From contig JAYZAL010000104.1 in NCBI GenBank assembly GCA_036339735.1, positions 32,001-96,000 on the forward strand: a stretch of 64,000 bases of DNA, read 5' to 3'. This document shows, one piece after another, positions 45,246-56,250 of the stretch. How positions within the stretch are numbered: position 1 is the stretch's first letter; the number at the start of each line of letters is the position of its first letter. The translations under genes and the position numbers were made by a program. This DNA is from Candidatus Poribacteria bacterium. Lineage in GTDB: Bacteria > Poribacteria > WGA-4E > UBA9662. Below the pieces are notes generated by a model. It was not told the origin of the DNA, made no database searches, and saw only the letters and a list, made by a program, of their open reading frames with translations.

Positions 45246-46073
45246 CTATTCGGGATTTCTTAAGCGTTTTCTTATAGTCTGAAAACGTACCGAGTCAATT
45301 GAAGCGTATGAGACAACTGGCAATTTCTGGATTTGCTGATTGACTCTGGTAACTCTTTCTCTAGTTCCTGGATGAGTAGAAAGTAACTTTTCAATTTTGG
45401 TAGTTTGACGCTTTTCAGTGCCCAATAACTTTTCAAAGAAGGTCATTATCCCATTTGGGTCTATGCCAGATGAGTGCATCTGTTGAACAGCTAACGTGTC
45501 TGCTTCACGCTCAGCCTCCCGGCCATACTGGAGTAACACACCAGAAGTTACAACTTTTGTCGCCAAGTTTTCTAGCTGGCTCTTATCCTTCCCCAATAGA
45601 AGTTGAGCCAAGGCAGCAAAGCCATACTGTTTAGTCAATTGCTTCATCCCGTGCCTACCGACTATGTGCCCAACCTCGTGTGAGATAACACCCGCAAGTT
45701 CAGCTTCGGTACTTGAAAATCGGATTAGCCCCAAATTGACGTATATGTAACCTCCAGGAATAGCAAAGGCGTTAATTGAGTCATCTTGAACCACTTTGAA
45801 ATGATAAGTAATATTCGGACGGGCAGAATTCCTTACTAATACCTGTCCCAGCTGATTAATGTAATCCGAAATATGGGGGTCAACATAAATCTTTAACTCT
45901 TTTTCAATTTTAGCCGCGAATTCACTACCGAGTTTAATTTCTTCGGCATCACTGAAAATATTGATGTTAGCCAACTGATTAGCTAACCGCCCGCCACACC
46001 CCAACATTGAAAATAAACTGGCCCACAGAAGAAAAGATAATTGAGACCAATTTAAACTTGATCTAGATATCAC
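45246..46073 (-). CDS. M48 family zinc metallopeptidase, lipoprotein
   Basis: LGC lipobox, NAFAIPGG, HEVGH, EREAD, STHP. Confidence 0.92.
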   Translation of the reverse strand: MISRSSLNWSQLSFLLWASLFSMLGCGGRLANQLANINIFSDAEEIKLGSEFAAKIEKELKIYVDPHISDYINQLGQVLVRNSARPNITYHFKVVQDDSINAFAIPGGYIYVNLGLIRFSSTEAELAGVISHEVGHIVGRHGMKQLTKQYGFAALAQLLLGKDKSQLENLATKVVTSGVLLQYGREAEREADTLAVQQMHSSGIDPNGIMTFFEKLLGTEKRQTTKIEKLLSTHPGTRERVTRVNQQIQKLPVVSYASIDSVRFQTIRKRLRNPE

Positions 46074-47004
46074 GTGAGATAGCGCTATCTAAAATTTTGG
46101 AAATCAGCCGGTCATAGGAAATCCCTGAAGCTGCAGCCTGAGCGGGCAAGTCGCTAAGTTCAGTAAGCCCAGGGAGAGTGTTGACTTCCGTCACAAAGGG
46201 TTGGCCCAACTGATCTACGATCATATCAACTCGAGAGTAACCATGGCATCCAAGTGCTTGATGAGCACGTAGCGCAATTGACTTAGCTACTTGACTCACC
46301 TCATCCGACAATCGAGCAGGAATCACGAACTCGGTCAAGCCAGCGGTATACTTAGCTTGGTAGTCGTAGAACTCACGTTTTGGTATTAACTCTAAAATTG
46401 GCAAAGCCTGAAGATCAGCCCCTACACCAATTAATCCTACCGTGATTTCTTGACCCTGCACATACTTTTCAAAAAGATTATCCTTGAATACGCGATTTTT
46501 TTCTACTGCTCGATATATTTCATCGGATTCATGAATAATCGAAACGCCTAAACTTGATCCTTCCGAAGCAGGCTTGATTACTAGTGGTAAACCAAGTTGC
46601 TCAATGGCATTTTGAGTTTGTGCTTTCAAGTTCTCTTCTAGATGAATTTTCAAATAGTCAGGCGTTGGGATCTGCATTGTACTAAAAATTTGCTTTGACA
46701 TTATCTTGTTCATACCCAAAGCACTCGCCAAAATACCTGACCCAGTATACGGAAGACCAAAATGACTGAGAATTGCCTGTATCGTTCCATCCTCATATCC
46801 TTTACCATGCAGGGCTAGAAAAACGGCATCGACCTCTTCACTTATCAGCTGGGTAAGCCAGTCGTCTTTGACGAGATCTATTTCAATCACCTCATAACCT
46901 TGCCGTCGTAGTGAAGCAGAAACTCTTTGCCCAGAAAGAAGTGAAACTGAACGTTCCCCCGAGTTACCACCTAGTAAAACCCCCAACTTATTAAACAGGC
47001 GCAT
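46063..47004 (-). CDS. ddl: D-alanine--D-alanine ligase
   Basis: GGNSGERSVSL, LHGKGYEDG, KPASEGSS, FYDYQAKY, EVNTLPG. Confidence 0.97.
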   Translation of the reverse strand: MRLFNKLGVLLGGNSGERSVSLLSGQRVSASLRRQGYEVIEIDLVKDDWLTQLISEEVDAVFLALHGKGYEDGTIQAILSHFGLPYTGSGILASALGMNKIMSKQIFSTMQIPTPDYLKIHLEENLKAQTQNAIEQLGLPLVIKPASEGSSLGVSIIHESDEIYRAVEKNRVFKDNLFEKYVQGQEITVGLIGVGADLQALPILELIPKREFYDYQAKYTAGLTEFVIPARLSDEVSQVAKSIALRAHQALGCHGYSRVDMIVDQLGQPFVTEVNTLPGLTELSDLPAQAAASGISYDRLISKILDSAISRDI

Positions 47005-47033
47005 TTTCCTCTAGTACCAGTACTCAGAATTGA

Positions 47034-47516
47034 TTAAAAATCATCATCGACTAAAAAATCATCGAAATTGTAGTCAGCTAACTCATCAAAATCATCGTCC
47101 ACACTGTCCTCATACAGTAGGTGCCCTGGGGGTAGTTCCAATTCTGGAACATCAATTTCTTTTGCTTCGTTCCATAAGCGTTCGAGATTGTAGAATTGGC
47201 GTACATCTTCTAAAAAAACATGGACGACGAAATCTACGTAATCGATCAAAACCCAATCACTTTTCTTGTCGCCTTCTCGCCGCCATGGTTTCGTCCCCCG
47301 ACTTTCTCTCAAATCTTCTACAATTTTTTCTGAAATGCTTTCTACTTGCCTGTCTGAACTTCCACTGCAGATAAGGAAAAAATTGGTAAAAGCATCTAAA
47401 TGACGTAAGTCTAAAATACGAGTATTTTCGGCTCGACGTTCTTGGGCAGAAACAGCTGCGGATTTTACTATGTCAAGTGAATCTTCGGTGTTGGTCTGTT
47501 CAATCTTTTTTTGCAT
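47034..47516 (-). CDS. rsfS: Ribosome silencing factor (Iojap) with acidic C-terminal tail
   Basis: FLICSGSSDRQV, WVLIDYVDFVVHVF, RQFYNLERLW. Confidence 0.95.
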   Translation of the reverse strand: MQKKIEQTNTEDSLDIVKSAAVSAQERRAENTRILDLRHLDAFTNFFLICSGSSDRQVESISEKIVEDLRESRGTKPWRREGDKKSDWVLIDYVDFVVHVFLEDVRQFYNLERLWNEAKEIDVPELELPPGHLLYEDSVDDDFDELADYNFDDFLVDDDF

Positions 47517-47719
47517 TTTTTCTTTGGCTGATTGCGTAAAATTGGCCGACGCACTCCATTTTTGGGTTAATATCCAAGAAGATTTATAACAAAATCAATT
47601 CTTAGATTATCCATTCACAGATAGTGCATATCTACCAAACTTCTGCTTTGAATAAAACCTTTTGGGCCGGCACATCCTACCAGAAAATCTCTACTACCGT
47701 CAAGTTTGTCTCAGATTTT

Positions 47720-48709
47720 CTAGGTGTCTGTTTTATAAACTGATTCGTGCAATCCTTTAATATAACCAAGGGCAAAAAGTCGACCAATCGAAGAATAACC
47801 CGGGTTGTCGTTGTCGTCGCCAGCCATAGTTGGTACATGATCGGGTCGCAGAACACCATCAAAGCCTATATCTCGGTAGGCTTCTAAGCAAGCATGCATA
47901 TCAGTTTTTCCGTCGTCATGAAAAGTCTCTTGAAATTTTTCTGGTTGCCCAATGACATCTCGTAAATGAACAAAAAATATTTTTTGTTGGTTTCCAAAAT
48001 ACCGAATTACTGTAGGTAAATCATCAGTCATTAAAGTAAAGTTGCCCTGACAGAGTGTAATACCATTTACAGTACTTGGCACTATATCCAACAAGCGTTG
48101 AAAATTATCCGTACTCCGCATAATACGACCTAAACCACGAATCGGGGACAAGGGAGGGTCATCTGGGTGCATTGCGAGTTTGACATTTGCTTCTTCAGCC
48201 ACTGGAACTACTTGCTCCAGAAAGTAAGTCAGGCTATCCCATAATTCATCTTCACTAAGACTTCCATGTTCTGTAAGAGGTGCGCCAATCATTTTTCTAT
48301 GATCATAACCTGTGACTAGAGCTCCTCCACGAGAAACAAGGGCTTTATCTGTACGAACCCAGTTCAAGACAGGCATCCATTCATAACACCAAACCGGAAT
48401 ACCCAACTGGCCCATATTTCGAATTAGCTGGCAAACTGATTCAATCTCATCTTTTCTTCCGGGTCTGCCGAATTTAGCACGGTGGAGTGGTGGTCTGCTT
48501 TCTAAAACAGCGAACTCAAACCCACCATCTTCGTATGACCGTTTCAATCGTTCCAAAGACGAATAGGACCAAGGCAAATCATCAGGATTGTTTCCACTTA
48601 GCTGGTTTCCAAAATCCATTGTTCCAACTACGTGATCAACACCACATTGTTTAGCCATATCCCAAAGCCGATTTCGTTTCGGTGGCAAGATCTCCGCTAT
48701 CTGGATCAT
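47720..48709 (-). CDS. uxuA: Mannonate dehydratase (UxuA family)
   Basis: [44 protein letters not shown]. Confidence 0.85.
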   Translation of the reverse strand: MIQIAEILPPKRNRLWDMAKQCGVDHVVGTMDFGNQLSGNNPDDLPWSYSSLERLKRSYEDGGFEFAVLESRPPLHRAKFGRPGRKDEIESVCQLIRNMGQLGIPVWCYEWMPVLNWVRTDKALVSRGGALVTGYDHRKMIGAPLTEHGSLSEDELWDSLTYFLEQVVPVAEEANVKLAMHPDDPPLSPIRGLGRIMRSTDNFQRLLDIVPSTVNGITLCQGNFTLMTDDLPTVIRYFGNQQKIFFVHLRDVIGQPEKFQETFHDDGKTDMHACLEAYRDIGFDGVLRPDHVPTMAGDDNDNPGYSSIGRLFALGYIKGLHESVYKTDT

Positions 48710-48856
48710 GAATTCTACCTCAAAATTTCGATTAGTCCTAGTTCATTTCATTGAATACAATCATTCCAAAGATCTTTGTATTACCACATTGAAAATGACT
48801 TTCAATTTGTGGCAAAATATGTATTCTGATCGGTTAGGAGAACAAATTTTAAATCG

Positions 48857-49255
48857 ATGGAAAAAATCACCACTACAACCAAACCTAATGGCTCTGGGCG
48901 TAACTGGTTAGAAGTAGGCCATTTCGTCGACGATGAGTTTGGCCACTCTAATTGGATTAAAAAAGGCGATCCTAATCAGGATCGGCAATTGACTGTCAAC
49001 CGTCTGCACAGCGACGGAGGGGCTACACTGGATTGGATAATTTTGATCCCCGAAAACTATCAGTGGACAATAGTCAAAATTAATTACGATCGCTTGAATC
49101 CACGGAGCTATCAAATCTTGTGGCAACCAGCAGCATCATCTAAAACAGATCAATTAACCAAACCAGAGAAAATTAAGCGAATATACCAATTAGCTGCTGG
49201 AAACGAAGAACTTACGAATTTGCTCCACCAGTTGCTCCCTCAATCACCAGAGTAA
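48857..49255 (+). CDS. Hypothetical protein
   Basis: 132-aa ORF, AGGAG upstream, overlaps the 3' end of convergent rsmI by 44 nt; no recognised motif. Confidence 0.55.
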   Translation: MEKITTTTKPNGSGRNWLEVGHFVDDEFGHSNWIKKGDPNQDRQLTVNRLHSDGGATLDWIILIPENYQWTIVKINYDRLNPRSYQILWQPAASSKTDQLTKPEKIKRIYQLAAGNEELTNLLHQLLPQSPE

Positions 49256-49916
49256 ATTCTCCTTTGGGTTTTTTAGTTTGATCAAACTTATCGATGGCTT
49301 TCTGTAAGTCTCCACGGAATATCTCTTCGAATTTTTTGGTTAATTCACGCGCAAGGCAAATTCTCCGATTACCTAAAATCTCAAATGCATCTCGCAAAAA
49401 TTTTACTATTCGATGAGGTGATTCATAAAAGATTAATGTTCGCTCCTCGTGGACTAGTTCAGTAAGCCTGCGGCGCCTTCGCCCCGCTTTAGGCGATAGA
49501 AATCCCTCAAAAACAAAATTATGCAAAGGAAGGCCTGCGACCGAAGCAGCGACAATACAAGCTGAAACGCCTGGAATAGGAACAATGGGAACATTAGCTG
49601 CTAAAGCGGAAACAACCAATCGGTACCCAGGGTCTGAAATTGTCGGGGTTCCCGCATCTGATACTAAAGCCAATGATTGTCCTCCCCGTAAGTGATCAAC
49701 AAGCCTACTTGACTTAGCGCTTTCATTATCTCTGTAGAAACTAGTCAACGGGGTCGTTATCTGGTAGTGATTCAATAGACGTTTAGTATATCTTGTATCT
49801 TCTGCTGCAATAAGTTCTACCTCAGATAAGATGCGCACCGCACGAAAAGTAATGTCCTCCAAATTACCAATTGGAGTGCTAACAATGTAGAGGGTTCCCA
49901 TCTGTACATGAGACAT
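49212..49916 (-). CDS. rsmI: 16S rRNA (cytidine1402-2'-O)-methyltransferase
   Basis: LYIVSTPIGNLEDIT, AEDTR, VSDAGTPTISDPG, YESPHR, RELTKKFEE. Confidence 0.96.
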   Translation of the reverse strand: MSHVQMGTLYIVSTPIGNLEDITFRAVRILSEVELIAAEDTRYTKRLLNHYQITTPLTSFYRDNESAKSSRLVDHLRGGQSLALVSDAGTPTISDPGYRLVVSALAANVPIVPIPGVSACIVAASVAGLPLHNFVFEGFLSPKAGRRRRRLTELVHEERTLIFYESPHRIVKFLRDAFEILGNRRICLARELTKKFEEIFRGDLQKAIDKFDQTKKPKGEFTLVIEGATGGANS

Positions 49917-50145
49917 AAAATTTTCTCTAAAAGTCAAAACGTTTGTATCGTCAATCTCGGGAAAAGATCGAGACGATGATAAAAAACAAGCTGGGAAGCA
50001 GCCTACCATAGCTAATTCTAATCTGTCAATCAGCACCACTTAGTCAGTTCAGTCTAACCATGCTATAATCTTACTGAGTAATATCAGCATAAATTTTTCA
50101 GGTAAAACACTGGCAATTATAAAGAATTTCCAAATAACTAAGAAT

Positions 50146-50934
50146 TTGGTTTATAAACGGACCACCTCCTTATCGCTAGAGCTTGACTTATATTGGATTA
50201 AACCACCAGACACTAATCCTAAAGGACAATCAACCCCCTTAGTCATCTGGATTCATGGCGGTGGTTGGCGAGGAGGTTATCGACAAGATTGCCGTCATGC
50301 ACTCAGTTTAATTGAGATTGGTTTCGCCGTAGCAAGTGTTAGCTATCGATTGAGTCATCAAGCTACTTTCCCTGCCCAAATCGAAGATTGTCGCGCTGCA
50401 GTCCGCTGGCTGAGAGCTCATGGCGACTACTATAATCTCGATACTAGTCGGTTTGGTACTTGGGGTGTATCAGCTGGCGGGCACCTTGCAGCTTTACTTG
50501 GTACAACTAGTGGCCAAGACCGTTGGCAAGTTGGTGAGCATCGAGATCAGAGTAGTGATGTGCAAGCTGTTTGTGACTGGTTTGGTCCAACCGATTTTTT
50601 TCGTATGAATGATATTACAGGTGCCATTGATCACGAATCGGCCGATTCACCTGAATCTATGCTGATTGGTGGCCCTATTCGTAATCACCGAACACAAGTA
50701 ATTGCCGCTAATCCAATTACTTATATTAGCAATACAACTCCACCATTTTTGATCATGCACGGACAAGATGACAGAATTGTTCTGCCTAACCAAAGTGAGT
50801 TGCTACATAAGGCATTGAAACGAGCTGGCGTCAATTCAGAGCTGATTTTACTGAGTAATTTCGGTCATGAATTTAGCTCTGAACAAACTGAAGTTGTTAA
50901 AAACTTCTTTAATGAGCATCTAGGGAAAGGTTAA
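50146..50934 (+). CDS. Alpha/beta hydrolase (HSL/BD-FAE-like esterase)
   Basis: IHGGGW, GVSAGGHLA nucleophile elbow, HGQDD, GH; start uncertain. Confidence 0.9.
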   Translation: MVYKRTTSLSLELDLYWIKPPDTNPKGQSTPLVIWIHGGGWRGGYRQDCRHALSLIEIGFAVASVSYRLSHQATFPAQIEDCRAAVRWLRAHGDYYNLDTSRFGTWGVSAGGHLAALLGTTSGQDRWQVGEHRDQSSDVQAVCDWFGPTDFFRMNDITGAIDHESADSPESMLIGGPIRNHRTQVIAANPITYISNTTPPFLIMHGQDDRIVLPNQSELLHKALKRAGVNSELILLSNFGHEFSSEQTEVVKNFFNEHLGKG

Positions 50935-50938
50935 TAAG

Positions 50939-51934
50939 ATGAAAACAAAATTCAAAGTAGCAATCGTTGGGTGTGGAGGAATTTCGAAGGTGCATGCTAA
51001 TGCTTGGCGTGATTCCGATCAAATTGACTTGGTTGCTGCTTGCGATGATGATGTCCAAGCACTAAAAAGCTTTGTCGATCAGTTTGAAGTGCCTAACAGC
51101 TATCTAGACCTGAGAACTTTGTTAGAAAATCAAAAACTAGATGTCTTAGTAATTACTACTTGGCCGTCATCTCATCTCAAAAATGTGTTGGAAGCTGTAA
51201 GAGCAAGGGTCAAAAGAGTTTTGTGTGAAAAACCTTTAGCAATCAATACTAAGCAAGTTGAGCAGATGATCCAGGTAGCAAGAAAACCGCAAACCAACAA
51301 CACTCCGGTGTTGTTGACGGAAGCTTTTATGTATCGGCACCATCCTCTAACTCAAGAGGTCAGATCAAAAATCCGTGATGGTACGATTGGAGAATTAAGG
51401 TCAATTAACCTTGTGTTCAATACTGGACTTACTGATCAAACCAATTGGCGATTACGGGGCGATCTTGGTGGTGGTACAATGATGGATTTAGGCTGCTATT
51501 GTATCGATCTAATTAACTATCTAATTGATCAATCACCGCAGTCGGTTTATGCGACTGGGAATTATTCATACGGTACTAATGCTTGGGAAACGATGTATGC
51601 TATTATTCGCTACAATGATCGTCTCGTTGCACAGATAGATACTGGATTTGGCATGTGCTGGCGAGAGTATTATGAAATAGTTGGCAGTGAAGGAGTAATC
51701 AGGGTGAACCCCGCTTGGGGGAATAATGTCGGTGAATGTCAATTTTGGCTTAATGATCAACCTATAGTTGTTGAAGGATTGAACCCTTATCTAGCTGAAA
51801 TACTTAATCTCTGTTACGCAGAAAGTCAGTCTGATTTAATAATGCCACTCACGGATTCTTTGCGCAATATGAAATTGATTGATGCGATTCATGAATCCGC
51901 TCATGCGGGGCAGGCAGTTCAATTCATTGATTAA
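50939..51934 (+). CDS. Gfo/Idh/MocA family oxidoreductase
   Basis: VGCGGIS, LCEKPLA, EAFMYRHHP, GGTMMDLGCY. Confidence 0.92.
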   Translation: MKTKFKVAIVGCGGISKVHANAWRDSDQIDLVAACDDDVQALKSFVDQFEVPNSYLDLRTLLENQKLDVLVITTWPSSHLKNVLEAVRARVKRVLCEKPLAINTKQVEQMIQVARKPQTNNTPVLLTEAFMYRHHPLTQEVRSKIRDGTIGELRSINLVFNTGLTDQTNWRLRGDLGGGTMMDLGCYCIDLINYLIDQSPQSVYATGNYSYGTNAWETMYAIIRYNDRLVAQIDTGFGMCWREYYEIVGSEGVIRVNPAWGNNVGECQFWLNDQPIVVEGLNPYLAEILNLCYAESQSDLIMPLTDSLRNMKLIDAIHESAHAGQAVQFID

Positions 51935-52162
51935 TTTAGAGCATGCCACTATCAATATAAGCCTAATTTAGAAACTACTTCTTTTTGACTCAGTCTATGG
52001 TCGCAATTGATTTTTCTCGTTTTTAGGTTAATATAATCTTAACTTCTTAAGTGAATTGCTTAACTAAAAGTCTGTAGATGTATTACTCTTTTCACCTTAA
52101 GAATTCGAGTAAACCGATAGGTTTTCTTAGGCTCGACCATATAAAAATAGGATCAATAGCAT

Positions 52163-53251
52163 ATGAATAAGAAAAGTGGACCAATTTCTCACCGAATCAT
52201 GATTTACTTCTTTTCTGCTGTTTTAACATTATTACTGATTTGGGCAATAGACTATCTTTTGTCAGATATTGGAAATATCCCCGGACCTAGTAGGAAAACA
52301 ATTGAGATGCGTTTTGTGGGAAATGACCTGACGGAAGAACAGAAAAGTTTAAATAGTGAAAAAAAGAAAATTACTACCCAAATCAAAAACGAAACTGAGA
52401 ATCAAAAAATATTGGAAATCAGTATGAGTGGTTCAAAAGACACAATGAATCAGCTGCTTGATCTTCATCGTTTGGCCTTGGAAAAAAACGTTCGACCTAC
52501 CCTTGACCAGCAAAATGCATTGGCTGAAAGCCAAACACTTTACCTATCGAACCAGAAAGAGTTTCAAAAGGCTAATGCTCAGATTTCCAATTTAACTAAG
52601 CAGCAACAAGATTTAGAGCAACAAATTAATCTTATAAATCAAAGAGTTACCGAACGTCTAACTCAATCTAAAGCTGAATTCAATAATCTATTACAAGCTC
52701 ACCGATGGAAAATGGCTGGCCTAAAGCTACTGGTTATTCTCCCACTTTTAGCAGGCTCAACTTGGCTAGTAATAAAGAAAAGGAAGAGTGACTTTTCACC
52801 ACTCATTTTTTCATTTTTGATCGCGACTTTTTTCGAAACGGGAACTGTAATGCATCAATACTTTCCAGCTAAATTTTTTCGATACATCGTTATTGGTGTT
52901 GCAATCACTGCAACCTTAATAATTCTCAGACATCTGATACGATTGGCTATTTCACCACAAATGGATTGGCTATTAAAACAATATCGAGAAGCCTATAAAA
53001 GATGGCGATGCCCGACATGCAACTTTCCTATCCGTCGGGGTATACGAAAGGAAATTGATTGGGGGTCATCTAACTTACGTGGTGCAATTCCAATTCAATC
53101 GGAATCTATTGATAAGGAGGAGCAACCGTATGCTTGTCCGTCTTGTGGACAGCATTTATACGAGGTATGCCTAGAATGTGAACAAATGCGACATACTTTA
53201 CTTCCGTTCTGCCAGACTTGCAGTCACCAAAAAGAAATAAGAGTTAGTTAA
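52163..53251 (+). CDS. Membrane protein with coiled coil and C-terminal double zinc ribbon
   Basis: One plus three TM segments flanking a long Q/E/K heptad region; four CxxC motifs (CPTC, CPSC, CLEC, CQTC). Confidence 0.8.
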   Translation: MNKKSGPISHRIMIYFFSAVLTLLLIWAIDYLLSDIGNIPGPSRKTIEMRFVGNDLTEEQKSLNSEKKKITTQIKNETENQKILEISMSGSKDTMNQLLDLHRLALEKNVRPTLDQQNALAESQTLYLSNQKEFQKANAQISNLTKQQQDLEQQINLINQRVTERLTQSKAEFNNLLQAHRWKMAGLKLLVILPLLAGSTWLVIKKRKSDFSPLIFSFLIATFFETGTVMHQYFPAKFFRYIVIGVAITATLIILRHLIRLAISPQMDWLLKQYREAYKRWRCPTCNFPIRRGIRKEIDWGSSNLRGAIPIQSESIDKEEQPYACPSCGQHLYEVCLECEQMRHTLLPFCQTCSHQKEIRVS

Positions 53252-53256
53252 TCCAG

Positions 53257-54243
53257 ATGAAACATTTAGCTAAATATATATTGCAATTTACCATTCTCGT
53301 TTGCTCAGTGTTGTTGGGAGTTTTTTATCCCCAATCGGCTCATGCTGAGCTTAAAAAAGTCCACTTTCTAATTCCTGGTGGGGCCGGTGGTGGTTGGGAT
53401 AGTACTGCTCGTGGAGTAGGCCAAGCTCTAACCAATTCTAAACTAGTTAAACGAGCGTCTTACCAAAACATGTCAGGTGGTGGAGGTGGAAGAGCAATCG
53501 CGAATTTGATAAATACTGCTAGACGACACCAAAACACACTGATGATTAATTCGACGCCACTTATCATCCGTTCACTACAAAAAATCTTCACATACACCTT
53601 TCAGGACCTAACACCAATTGCAGCTGTGATCTCTGACTATGGAGTGCTTGCAGTGAGTATAAACTCGAAACTAACAAGTTGGTCGGATGCCTTAGATCAG
53701 TTCCACAAAGATCCTACTCAATTAGCCATCGGTGGTGGTTCCGGTAGAGGGAGTTTGGACCATCTAGTAGTAGCACAAATTTTTCAAGTAGCAGGCGCTG
53801 ACCCAAAAGAAATTCGTTATATTCCCTACGACGCCGGTGGAAAAGCTATGGCAGGACTTCTTTCAGGGGAGACTCAAATTTTGTCAACTGGTCTCGGTGA
53901 AGCTTTAGAACAACACAGAGCTGGACAGATTCGCATTTTAGCGATTACTTCCGAGAAACGGTCACTAGCTATCCCCAATGTGCCCACTTTTACGGAATTG
54001 GGCTGTCCCGCTGTTTTCCTTAATTGGCGAGGGTTTTTCGGTCCGCCGAATCTGTCTGAAAAAAAAGTTAACATGTATAATCAAATCTTAGAAAAAATGT
54101 TCAAAACAGCTGAATGGGAATCCATCAGAAAAAGAAACGGTTGGCAGAATCAACACATTGCTGGACAGAAATTCCAAGAGTTTCTAAAACAACAAGAGAT
54201 ACAAGTCACCCAGTTAATGAAAAGTCTTGATTTCTTGAAATAA
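53257..54243 (+). CDS. tctC: Tripartite tricarboxylate transporter substrate-binding protein
   Basis: PGGAGGGWDSTAR, GGGGG, YDAGG, NWRG. Confidence 0.93.
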   Translation: MKHLAKYILQFTILVCSVLLGVFYPQSAHAELKKVHFLIPGGAGGGWDSTARGVGQALTNSKLVKRASYQNMSGGGGGRAIANLINTARRHQNTLMINSTPLIIRSLQKIFTYTFQDLTPIAAVISDYGVLAVSINSKLTSWSDALDQFHKDPTQLAIGGGSGRGSLDHLVVAQIFQVAGADPKEIRYIPYDAGGKAMAGLLSGETQILSTGLGEALEQHRAGQIRILAITSEKRSLAIPNVPTFTELGCPAVFLNWRGFFGPPNLSEKKVNMYNQILEKMFKTAEWESIRKRNGWQNQHIAGQKFQEFLKQQEIQVTQLMKSLDFLK

Positions 54244-54257
54244 ATTAACGCATTCGC

Positions 54258-54740
54258 TTGATTTGTTTGATGTCCCAAAACAAAATTGGTGCTTTAATAT
54301 TTCTAGCGTTATCCATTTTCTACGGTTACCTTGCTTCCCAGATACCGGTTGCTACAGGCTTGGAAGGTCCAGTAAAACCTGCAACCTTACCACTTTTTCT
54401 GAGCGCTTCTGGTGTCGTAGTTAGTATTCTTCTCCTTCTACTCCCATCTGAAAAAGTGCGAGCTGACTTAGTATTAGACCGAAATAATCTGTTTCGTGCA
54501 GTAGGGCTACTAGTATCAATGGTCATCTACGGTTTAACTATTAGTAGTTTAGGCTTTTTGGGGGCCACGATTCTATTTTTAATAACTGGTTTTTGGGTGA
54601 TGGGTATACGTCAACAAAAGGTTCTTTTTTTGCTGCCTGTCATCGTTGCAACCTTCTTTTGGTTCGTTTTGACAAAAATACTTGGTATATATCTTGATAC
54701 CGGTTGGGTCAGTTGGCTACTGAGTAAATTTATCGATTAA
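54258..54740 (+). CDS. tctB: Tripartite tricarboxylate transporter small subunit
   Basis: Four to five TM helices between tctC and tctA; LGF motif. Confidence 0.88.
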   Translation: MICLMSQNKIGALIFLALSIFYGYLASQIPVATGLEGPVKPATLPLFLSASGVVVSILLLLLPSEKVRADLVLDRNNLFRAVGLLVSMVIYGLTISSLGFLGATILFLITGFWVMGIRQQKVLFLLPVIVATFFWFVLTKILGIYLDTGWVSWLLSKFID

Positions 54741-54744
54741 TCTA

Positions 54745-56250
54745 ATGTTAGAAGGCATTTTGACCGGATTTTCCACAGCGTTCTCGGCGACCAATATTTT
54801 CATGGTTTGTGTCGGTGTCTTGGCGGGCACACTAATTGGTATGCTACCAGGGCTTGGTCCAATATCGGCAATAGCTTTGATGATTCCAATTACGTACAGT
54901 TTCGATTCATCTTCAGGTCTAATTCTAATGGCTGGTGTTTACTATGGTGCCGTTTTCGGTGGCTCGACTTCCTCAATTTTAGTCAATGCTCCCGGAGTAG
55001 CAGGAACTGTCGCGACAACCTTTGATGGTTATCCGCTTGCCAGAAGAGGGCAGGCGGGAAAAGCTCTTGCCGTAGCTGCTTACGCATCGTTTTCAGGTGG
55101 TACCGTCGGTGCAATTTTTTTATTACTAGGTGCCCCCTCCCTTGCTGTAATATCGATCAGTTTCCAATCAGCCGATTATTTTGCTTTGATGTTAATGGGA
55201 TTATTAGCGGTTTCAGCCTTCACACCTAAAGGTCAGTTCCTCAAATCCATTCTTATGACTATCTTTGGGTTAATGCTTTCAACTGTTGGTACTGACAACG
55301 TCACTGGCATTCAGCGATTTACCTTTGGACAACTAAACTTGGTTGATGGAATTAGTTTTTTATTGTTGGCTATGGCAACTTTTGCTTTATCAGAGGCTTT
55401 GATGATGGTCTTAAACCACAAGATAACAACAGTTTCAAATAAGACCACTCTCAAACCGGAACAATTGAAACTATCTACAGCCGAGTTAAAAGCAATTGGC
55501 CCAACTATTGGTAGATCATCAGTATTGGGTTTTTTGGTGGGGGTCCTTCCAGGTGCTGGGGCCACTATTGCCTCTTTTTTAGCCTACGGTATGGAACAAG
55601 CTATAGACTCAGGTAGTAATTCGTCGGTGGAATTCGGAAAAGGTAATCTGAAGGGGTTAGCAGCTCCTGAAACTGCTAATAATGCTGCTTCTACTGGTTC
55701 TTTCGTCCCACTACTAACTCTTGGTATTCCCGGTTCCGGAACGACAGCAATAATGCTTGGGGCTTTGATCTCTTATGGAATACAACCTGGACCGCAGTTA
55801 TATGCTGAGAATCCAGAAATTTTTTGGTCTGTCATTATTTCTATGTATTTGGGCAATGTAGTCTTACTGATTCTCAATCTACCTTTGATTCCTTACATCG
55901 CTCGGTTAATCTCTATCCCTAGACAATTCTTAATTCCCCTAATTTTGTTCTTTTCGTTGATCGGTGTTTACTTAGTTTCTTTTAATACTTTTGATTTATA
56001 TTTAATGGTTGGGTTTGCGATATTAGCCGTTTTTTTTCGTTTTTTGAATTATCCTCTAGCTCCAGTTTTATTGGGTTTTGTATTGGGTGATCTGTTAGAG
56101 GATAATTTGCGTCGGGCATTATTAATTAACGATGGCCAGCTATCTTTTTTATGGAATAGACCAATTACTAGAACCATTTTAATCTTTACATTCTTGTTGC
56201 TGCTGCTTCCTTTAGGCCGACAATTAATCCGACATAATAGAGGTAATTAA
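54745..56250 (+). CDS. tctA: Tripartite tricarboxylate transporter large subunit
   Basis: GMLPGLG, YYGAVFGGS, DGYPLA, PETANNA, LTLGIPGS. Confidence 0.96.
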   Translation: MLEGILTGFSTAFSATNIFMVCVGVLAGTLIGMLPGLGPISAIALMIPITYSFDSSSGLILMAGVYYGAVFGGSTSSILVNAPGVAGTVATTFDGYPLARRGQAGKALAVAAYASFSGGTVGAIFLLLGAPSLAVISISFQSADYFALMLMGLLAVSAFTPKGQFLKSILMTIFGLMLSTVGTDNVTGIQRFTFGQLNLVDGISFLLLAMATFALSEALMMVLNHKITTVSNKTTLKPEQLKLSTAELKAIGPTIGRSSVLGFLVGVLPGAGATIASFLAYGMEQAIDSGSNSSVEFGKGNLKGLAAPETANNAASTGSFVPLLTLGIPGSGTTAIMLGALISYGIQPGPQLYAENPEIFWSVIISMYLGNVVLLILNLPLIPYIARLISIPRQFLIPLILFFSLIGVYLVSFNTFDLYLMVGFAILAVFFRFLNYPLAPVLLGFVLGDLLEDNLRRALLINDGQLSFLWNRPITRTILIFTFLLLLLPLGRQLIRHNRGN

